Positions 1 through 4,789 of a DNA stretch of 6,495 nucleotides are shown in pieces; within the stretch, counting starts at the first letter, position 1; each line of letters starts with the position of its first letter. A program made the position numbers and the translations under genes. Source of the stretch: Candidatus Iainarchaeum sp. (GTDB lineage Archaea; Iainarchaeota; Iainarchaeia; Iainarchaeales; CSSED10-239); NCBI GenBank assembly GCA_003559395.1, contig PWLL01000092.1, positions 1 to 6,495 of the forward strand. The letters are read 5' to 3'. The notes beneath the pieces were generated by a model. The model was given only the letters and a program-made list of their open reading frames with translations, searched no databases and was not told the origin of the DNA.

Positions 1-158
1 AAAAATTGTTGTTCTGGGGCGTCTGGTATATCTTCTGTGGGTTGTGTTTCTCTTTCTGGATCATAATATAATAGACCTACGGCTAAGATTGACCCCACAA
101 ATAATAAAATCATAAATATAGAAAATATTGCTTTTGTATCAAGTTTCATAGTTCTCAT
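1..158 (-). CDS. 5' portion of a hypothetical protein with an N-terminal signal-anchor/TM helix; the gene runs off the window start
   Basis: Absent from the supplied ORF track because it is short and partial. Reading the reverse complement from ATG at 158 (in-frame alternative ATG at 149) stays open to position 1: M(RTM)KLDTKAIFSIFMILLFVGSILAVGLLYYDPERETQPTEDIPDAPEQQF. It has a charged N-terminus, about 20 hydrophobic residues, then a Pro/Glu/Asp-rich linker. No family assignment is possible. Confidence 0.45.
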   Translation of the reverse strand, partial: MRTMKLDTKAIFSIFMILLFVGSILAVGLLYYDPERETQPTEDIPDAPEQQF

Positions 159-235
159 TTTTTAGTTATTGTTTATAAAAACTTTTGTTTATATATTATA
201 TAAGTTCCATAAGCTTTATAAAATAAAGATAAACT
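159..235. promoter_or_regulatory. Divergent promoter region between the partial minus-strand gene and dus
   Basis: A 77-bp AT-rich spacer between divergent starts. It carries a direct repeat of TTGTTTATA at 169-177 and 185-193, plus CTTTATAAAA at about 213-222, all resembling archaeal TATA boxes (TTTAWATA-like). Which box serves which gene cannot be decided from sequence in so AT-rich a genome. Confidence 0.3.
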
Positions 236-1177
236 ATGACCTACTATCTAGGAAAAACAAAAATAAAAAATAAAGGTGTTTTAGCGCCTATGTTAGAGTA
301 TACTACTCTTCCTTTTCGTTTATTATGTCAAAAATATGGTTGTGCTTTAACTTATACAGAGATGGTGTCAATAAACCGTATAAAAGCAAAATCTTCTCTA
401 GATGAAATAGATTTACTAAAAAGCATTTCTTCTGAAACTTGTGCTGTACAGCTTGTGGGTGATTTTACAAATAGGTCGGATTTTTTAAAAGTTATTGATA
501 TTTTAGATTCTTATAAACATTTTAAAATAATTGACCTTAACTTTGGTTGTCCTTCTTTCAAAGTTCATGATATGAAGGGTGGTGCGATTCTTCTTTCTAG
601 TCCTTATTTTAATAAAGCTATAGAGAACATAACTGAAGCCATTTCTATTACTAAAAAACCAATCACTGTTAAATCAAGAGTTGGGTATTCTCAAGAAAAT
701 ATAAAACCTATTGTCAATTCTTTTGAAAGTGCTGGTGTTTCTGCTATTGCAGTTCATGGAAGGCTTGCAAATCAAACTTATGCAGATCTTTCGGATAATC
801 TTTTGTTAGAAAGGGTTGCTAAGGATGTTTCTGTTCCTTTTATCTATAATGGTGATGTTTCTTTAAACAATTTTTCTTCTTTAGATGTTTGTTTTTCTGG
901 GTTAATGGTTGGCAGATCTGCTCTAACAAATCCTTTTATTTTTAAAAGTATTTCTAAAAAAAAGATTTTTAAAAAACATCAAGTAAAAATAATAGACGAT
1001 TATCTTAAGCTTACTAAAAAACATTCTATTTCTTTTGATAAAAAAAAAAGAATGTTAATCATGTTAATAAACAATCTAAAGAGTGCAAGAAAATACAGAA
1101 ATCTATTATCTTTATCTAAAACAGAAGATCAAATAAACAAAATTATAGATCTAATAAAAAAAGACAACCCATATTAA
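236..1177 (+). CDS. dus: tRNA-dihydrouridine synthase (Dus family, FMN-dependent TIM barrel)
   Basis: Dus signature blocks are seen in the translation: LAPMLEYTTLPFRLLC...TEMV (cf. APMAGVTDxPFRxL...TEMV), QLVG, IDLNFGCPSFKV with the catalytic Cys, ITVKSRVG, AVHGRLANQTY, IYNGDV and LMVGRSALTNPFIF. A Lys-rich helical C-terminal domain follows. Confidence 0.85.
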   Translation: MTYYLGKTKIKNKGVLAPMLEYTTLPFRLLCQKYGCALTYTEMVSINRIKAKSSLDEIDLLKSISSETCAVQLVGDFTNRSDFLKVIDILDSYKHFKIIDLNFGCPSFKVHDMKGGAILLSSPYFNKAIENITEAISITKKPITVKSRVGYSQENIKPIVNSFESAGVSAIAVHGRLANQTYADLSDNLLLERVAKDVSVPFIYNGDVSLNNFSSLDVCFSGLMVGRSALTNPFIFKSISKKKIFKKHQVKIIDDYLKLTKKHSISFDKKKRMLIMLINNLKSARKYRNLLSLSKTEDQINKIIDLIKKDNPY

Positions 1178-1879
1178 AAGCAGCAACAACAAAACAAGCA
1201 AAACCATTCTGTGTTTATTAAAAAACAAAAAAATATTTTTTAAGATTCTAAAAAAAACTTCAAACATCATAAAAAAGTAAGTTAGTAGTTTTTTTGGATT
1301 TGTTATATCTTTTAACATTTCGTTATATAGCTGTATGTTTGATTTTTCTTTTTTAGGTATTTCTTTTAAGTTGTTTATCTTTGTTCCGACTGCATCAATC
1401 CTGATAGTTTTAACATCTGTTTCTAATTTCCAAAAAGGAATCCATGTTTCTTTAAATCCGCTTAAGGAGATATTTTCAAAAGGTACTTTATGTCTTGCGG
1501 CTAATATTTTCTTAATAGTTGTTTCTGCTTCTTTTTGATCAACAACAAGTTCTTTTTTTCTAATTTCTACTTTTTCTAGTTCTGGTAGTTCTATTTTTTT
1601 CAATATTCTAGGGTTTACTATATCAAAAAGATATGTTGTATCGTCTTCTATTTTATTTGAAGTCGCATTTAATGCTAGTTGTTTAGAAATTGTTTCTGGT
1701 TGGTTGTTTTTTATGAAATAAATATCATAAAAACAAAACCAGTAAGGCACAATATTTAGATGAAACATTTTTTTATTTATTTCTATATTATGCCCTTTTT
1801 TTTTAAATGCGTTTGTACAAATATCCATAATCTTTTTAAGATTTACTTGTACGGGGAATGCATTTTTGTTTAGTTCCAT
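1151..1879 (-). CDS. Hypothetical tail-anchored membrane protein with an internally duplicated alpha/beta module, encoded 12 nt downstream of sepF
   Basis: A 729-nt ORF in a very AT-rich (stop-rich) background, so it is unlikely to be chance. The ATG at 1879 lies 12 nt after the sepF stop (TAA, 1892-1894 on the minus strand). Residues 199-220 are hydrophobic/amphipathic, and residues 225-242 (MVLLVLLLLLLIWVVFFY) are a TM segment at the extreme C-terminus. Two related modules carry IVPYW...LNATSNKI and WIPFW...IDAVGTKI. I do not recognise the family. Confidence 0.7.
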   Translation of the reverse strand: MELNKNAFPVQVNLKKIMDICTNAFKKKGHNIEINKKMFHLNIVPYWFCFYDIYFIKNNQPETISKQLALNATSNKIEDDTTYLFDIVNPRILKKIELPELEKVEIRKKELVVDQKEAETTIKKILAARHKVPFENISLSGFKETWIPFWKLETDVKTIRIDAVGTKINNLKEIPKKEKSNIQLYNEMLKDITNPKKLLTYFFMMFEVFFRILKNIFLFFNKHRMVLLVLLLLLLIWVVFFY

Positions 1880-1891
1880 TTAGAACTACAT

Positions 1892-2248
1892 TTAATTTAT
1901 TTTTTTTATAATTTTTACTTTTTCTGGAACAAGTAAAAGTTTTGTTTTTGACATCATTGCTATGTCGCCTTTAATATCTTTTACAAACATTTTTATTTGA
2001 CCAATAAATTGTTTTACTCTTTGTGGGTTTCTTTTACTAAGTCCCTCTATATCTAATAAAACAATGTTTTTTTCTTTAAGTTCTTTTATAACTTCTTCTA
2101 CTTCATTGTTTGTTTGTAAATTTATAGGTTTTACATAGAAATCGATATCTTCTGGTTCTTCTTCTACTTCCATATTATTTAAGAAATCGTCTATATCTAA
2201 ATCTTCTCTTTTTGTGAAAACTTTTTCATAAAATGCCAATCTAACCAC
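1892..2248 (-). CDS. sepF: Cell division protein SepF (archaeal-type FtsZ membrane anchor)
   Basis: 118 aa with the typical archaeal SepF layout. There is a short N-terminal amphipathic segment (LAFYEKVF), an acidic linker (DLDIDDFLNNMEVEEEPEDIDF), then the core YVKPINLQTNNEVEEVIKELKEKNIVLLDIEGL...FIGQIKMFVKDIKGDIAMMSKTKLLLVPEKVKI. The core matches the SepF/DUF552 pattern (...GNIVxxDI...GDIAxxxxxxxxxxP.xVxI). The start is uncertain: GTG at 2248 as in the track, or TTG at 2239 (see findings). Confidence 0.82.
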   Translation of the reverse strand: MVRLAFYEKVFTKREDLDIDDFLNNMEVEEEPEDIDFYVKPINLQTNNEVEEVIKELKEKNIVLLDIEGLSKRNPQRVKQFIGQIKMFVKDIKGDIAMMSKTKLLLVPEKVKIIKKIN

Positions 2249-2324
2249 CTCAGTATTAAATATAAATAAGATATTTTTTAATTATCATATAACATTTAGT
2301 ACCAAAATATATAAAAACAAATTC
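2249..2324 (-). promoter_or_regulatory. Probable sepF promoter and 5' leader
   Basis: AT-rich, with TATA-like elements on the minus strand (reverse complement of 2307-2316 ATATATAAAA, and of about 2254-2270). A Shine-Dalgarno-like GAGGTG sits at 2246-2251 on the minus strand. Assignment is tentative. Confidence 0.3.
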
Positions 2325-2460
2325 GTTTTTGTTTTTTGTTTGGGGGTTTTTATAATCGGTTGTGGGTTGTGATTTTTTCTTACAAAATGGTTGTTTTTTG
2401 TGTATTTTTCGTGTTTTTTTTTTATTTTTTTTTTGTTACTCTTTTTATTGTTTTTTGTTC
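2325..2460 (+). repeat. Strand-asymmetric T/G-rich low-complexity tract with reiterated GTTTTTTGT and T10-A-T10
   Basis: My hand count over 136 nt is about 90 T, 26 G, 13 A and 7 C, so about 85% T+G on the plus strand. GTTTTTTGT(T/G) occurs at 2331-2340, 2393-2402 and 2450-2459. T10 (2414-2423), A2424 and T10 (2425-2434) follow one another. The G-strings are TGGGGG at 2341-2346 and TGTGGGTTGTG at 2361-2371. Confidence 0.85.
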
Positions 2461-2474
2461 CTATATTATTTATC
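2461..2474 (+). promoter_or_regulatory. TATA-like box positioned for a leaderless or near-leaderless thiI transcript
   Basis: CTATATTATTTATC is centred about 24-25 nt upstream of the thiI ATG (2492). No Shine-Dalgarno motif precedes thiI. This fits archaeal TATA spacing for a transcript starting at or near the start codon. Confidence 0.35.
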
Positions 2475-2491
2475 TAAAATATTGATTAAAC

Positions 2492-3661
2492 ATGTACACG
2501 CACATAATTATTCACTATGATGAAATTGGTTTAAAGAAAAAAAACAGAAGTTATTTTGAAGATGCTTTAAAAACAAATATTCAAAGAAAATTAAAAGATC
2601 TTCCTTTGTCTATCTATAAACAATATGGAAGATTAGTTGCAACCATAAACCAAAAAACCACGACAGAGGAAATAAAAAAAAGATTGTCGTTTGTTCCGGG
2701 CATATCTAGCTTTAGCTTTGGTTTTTCTACTAACTTGGATGTTCAAGAGTTTTCAGAAAAATCTATTTCTATTCTTTCTGAACAAACGTTCAAGACTTTT
2801 AAAGTTGAAACTAAAAGAAGTAACAAAATGTTTAAGCTTACTTCAATAGATATAAACAAAAAAGTTGGAGAAAATATTCTAAATCATCTTAACAAAAAAG
2901 TAGATCTAACAAATCCAGAAAAAACAATCTTTATTGAGGTTTGTGAAAAAAATGCTTTTGTTTATGATAATAAACATTATGGAATCTCAGGCCTGCCTAT
3001 TAGAAAAAACAACTCAGTTGTTTGTTCTTTGTCTGGTGGACTAGATAGTCCTGTTTCTGCATATCTTATGATGAAAAGAGGTTGTGAGGTTATTTTTGCA
3101 CATGTTCAAAATAATACTTTAACTAATCAAAAACTAGAAGAAAAGATTTGTGATCTTGTTAAACAACTAACCAAAGTACAATTAAAATCAAAATTATATA
3201 TTATTCCTTTTTCAGATATTCAAAAGAAATTGATTATGTATGTTCCTTCTGAGTATAGAATGATAATCTATAGAAGATTTATGTTTAAGATAATAGAAGA
3301 GATTGTAAAAAAAGAAAAAGCTTTTGCTGTTGTTACTGGTGATTCTGTTGGACAGGTTGCTTCTCAAACTTTAGAAAACATTTCTGTTATATATGATGCT
3401 TGTTCTGTTCCTATCTTTAGTCCTTTGATAGGCTGTAATAAAGAAGAAATTGTTCAAGTTGCAAAAAAGATAGGCACCTATGACATTTCTATCAAGCCTT
3501 ATCCAGATTGTTGTTCTTTTATGGTTGCAGAGCATCCTATTACAAAGGGTTCTTTAAAAGATATAAAACACATAGAAGAAAAGATTCCAGATAAACAAAA
3601 GATGATTGAAGAAGTGTTGTTAAAACTTAAAAAAAAAGAAATGGTTTATGAAAAGGAGTGA
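2492..3661 (+). CDS. thiI: tRNA 4-thiouridine synthase ThiI (N-terminal ferredoxin-like + THUMP + PP-loop domains; no rhodanese domain)
   Basis: The N-terminus IIIHYDEIGLKKKNRSYFE matches the ThiI R(Y/F)GEIxLKGKNR block. The PP-loop is SLSGGLDSPVSAYLMMKRGCEV. Also present are VVTGDSVGQVASQTLENI and PYPDCCSFM, which holds the equivalent of the E. coli ThiI catalytic Cys344 region. The protein ends at 389 aa, so the C-terminal rhodanese domain of E. coli ThiI is absent. Confidence 0.9.
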   Translation: MYTHIIIHYDEIGLKKKNRSYFEDALKTNIQRKLKDLPLSIYKQYGRLVATINQKTTTEEIKKRLSFVPGISSFSFGFSTNLDVQEFSEKSISILSEQTFKTFKVETKRSNKMFKLTSIDINKKVGENILNHLNKKVDLTNPEKTIFIEVCEKNAFVYDNKHYGISGLPIRKNNSVVCSLSGGLDSPVSAYLMMKRGCEVIFAHVQNNTLTNQKLEEKICDLVKQLTKVQLKSKLYIIPFSDIQKKLIMYVPSEYRMIIYRRFMFKIIEEIVKKEKAFAVVTGDSVGQVASQTLENISVIYDACSVPIFSPLIGCNKEEIVQVAKKIGTYDISIKPYPDCCSFMVAEHPITKGSLKDIKHIEEKIPDKQKMIEEVLLKLKKKEMVYEKE

Positions 3662-3663
3662 TT

Positions 3664-4689
3664 ATGACTAAGATTGTTGTTGGTGTTTCTGGTGGTGTTG
3701 ATTCTTCTGTAAGTTTGGCTTTGTTAAAGGAAAAGGGTTTTTCTCCGATTGCTGTTTCTTTAGTTATTCCTGTTTATGATATTAATAAAAAAAGGTTTGT
3801 AAAACCTTCTAAAAAAGAAATAAATCTTGCAAAAGATGTTTGTAAAAAACTAAACATAAAGCATTTTGTTTATGATGTTTCTGATAGTTTTGTTGCTTCT
3901 GTTATTGAATATATTTTAAAAGATTATAAAAAAGGAAAGGTTCCTAATCCTTGTGCTTTTTGTAATAGGTTTTTTAAGTTTAAATGGTTGTTTGATTTTG
4001 CAAAAAAGAAAAACGTCTCTTTGGTTGCAACTGGACATTATGCAAAGATAGAAGATGGTTTTTTAAAAAAAGCAAAAGATATATCTAAAGACCAAACCTA
4101 TGGCTTGTGTTTTTTAAAAAAAGCCTGGCTTAAAAGACTTGTTTTTCCTTTAGGAGAAATTACTAAAAAAGAGGTTTATAGTTTGGCTGAAGAATATGGT
4201 TTTTTAGCTTTTAAAAAAGAAAAACAAAGTCAAGATCTTTGTTTTCTAAAAACCTGCTCCATTAATGATTTTCTAAAAGCTTTTTTAAAAGAAACTCCTG
4301 GAAAAATAATTGATATTAATGATAATCTTTTGGGCACACATCAGGGTTCTTGGTTTTTTACATGTGGTCAAAGAAAGGGGTTAGGTTTTTCTAAAAAATA
4401 TTTTGTTGTTAAAAAACAAAAAAACAAAGTAGTTGTTACTGATAAAGAAAAAGATCTTTATACAAAACGGTTTTCTGTAACTAAGCTTAACTTTTTAACA
4501 AATGATCTTTTTTCTAAAAATCAATTTCTTATAAAAACTAGATATTCTCAAAAACCAGTAGAAGGAAAAGTTATTAAAAACAAAGATATAGAAGTAATTC
4601 TTAAAAATCCTCAAAGATCAATCACTCCAGGACAAGTTTGTGTTTTTTATAACAAAGATGTTTGTGTTGGAGGTGGGTTCATAAAATAA
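3664..4689 (+). CDS. mnmA: tRNA-specific 2-thiouridylase, MnmA family (CxxC...C variant)
   Basis: PP-loop VVGVSGGVDSSVS; VPNPCAFCNRFFKF (cf. MnmA NPxxxCNxxIKF); ATGHYA; KDQTYGL (cf. KDQSYFL); SQDLCFL (cf. SQGICFI). The C-terminal barrel-like region ends in PGQVCVFYNKDVCVGGG. The track starts the ORF at GTG 3658. I prefer ATG 3664 because GGAG (3655-3658) lies 5 nt upstream. Either way the gene abuts or overlaps the thiI stop (TGA 3659-3661). Confidence 0.85.
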   Translation: MTKIVVGVSGGVDSSVSLALLKEKGFSPIAVSLVIPVYDINKKRFVKPSKKEINLAKDVCKKLNIKHFVYDVSDSFVASVIEYILKDYKKGKVPNPCAFCNRFFKFKWLFDFAKKKNVSLVATGHYAKIEDGFLKKAKDISKDQTYGLCFLKKAWLKRLVFPLGEITKKEVYSLAEEYGFLAFKKEKQSQDLCFLKTCSINDFLKAFLKETPGKIIDINDNLLGTHQGSWFFTCGQRKGLGFSKKYFVVKKQKNKVVVTDKEKDLYTKRFSVTKLNFLTNDLFSKNQFLIKTRYSQKPVEGKVIKNKDIEVILKNPQRSITPGQVCVFYNKDVCVGGGFIK

Positions 4690-4690
4690 C

Positions 4691-4698
4691 TTTTTTTT
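4691..4698 (+). terminator. Oligo-T (T8) tract immediately after the mnmA stop; probable archaeal intrinsic terminator
   Basis: The TAA stop is at 4687-4689 and T8 at 4691-4698. A short inverted repeat GAAAAA-gtaaa-TTTTTC follows at about 4703-4719. Archaeal RNA polymerase terminates at oligo-T runs. Confidence 0.45.
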
Positions 4699-4789
4699 CA
4701 TAGAAAAAGTAAATTTTTCAAAATAAAAACCCATAAAAAGGATTTCCTACATATATTATTTAGAAAACTATTAAAAAGGAAAATAATAA
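4699..4789 (+). promoter_or_regulatory. orc1/cdc6 upstream region (promoter; weak SD-like AAGGA at 4776-4780)
   Basis: The whole intergenic gap before orc1 is only 100 bp. It contains the TATA-like ACATATATTATTTAG at about 4749-4763 and AAGGA 9 nt before the ATG. I could not see repeated ORB-like boxes. Confidence 0.3.

Noticed and set aside
1040-1049. An A10 homopolymer inside dus, considered as a possible slippage or phase-variation site.
   Set aside because: It reads in frame as D-K-K-K-R within a Lys-rich C-terminal region. Such runs are expected in an AT-rich, Lys-rich proteome, and nothing suggests a frameshift.
1335-1538. A 67-aa plus-strand ORF from the supplied track (MFDFSFLGISFKLF...).
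   Set aside because: It lies entirely antisense inside the much longer 242-aa minus-strand ORF. It has no SD or promoter context and a low-complexity hydrophobic composition typical of antisense frames in AT-rich genes. I treat it as spurious.
36-2371. An exact 11-mer TGTGGGTTGTG at 36-46 and again at 2361-2371.
   Set aside because: The first copy lies inside the partial minus-strand coding region, where it encodes TQPT. The flanks do not align. With a single pair and one copy coding, it is best treated as coincidence unless genome-wide counts say otherwise.
2387-2485. A small Phe-rich ORF (MVVFCVFFVFFFYFFFVTLFIVFCSYIIYLKY) inside the T/G tract.
   Set aside because: Its composition is a direct consequence of translating poly-T (TTT=Phe). 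It has no SD, and it runs through the likely thiI TATA box. It is almost certainly not a gene.
2517-2523. Box C-like ATGATGA motifs (2517-2523, and another near 3068-3075) that might mark archaeal C/D box sRNAs.
   Set aside because: Both lie inside well-supported coding sequence. No CTGA D box or C'/D' pair occurs at the expected 50-70 nt spacing.
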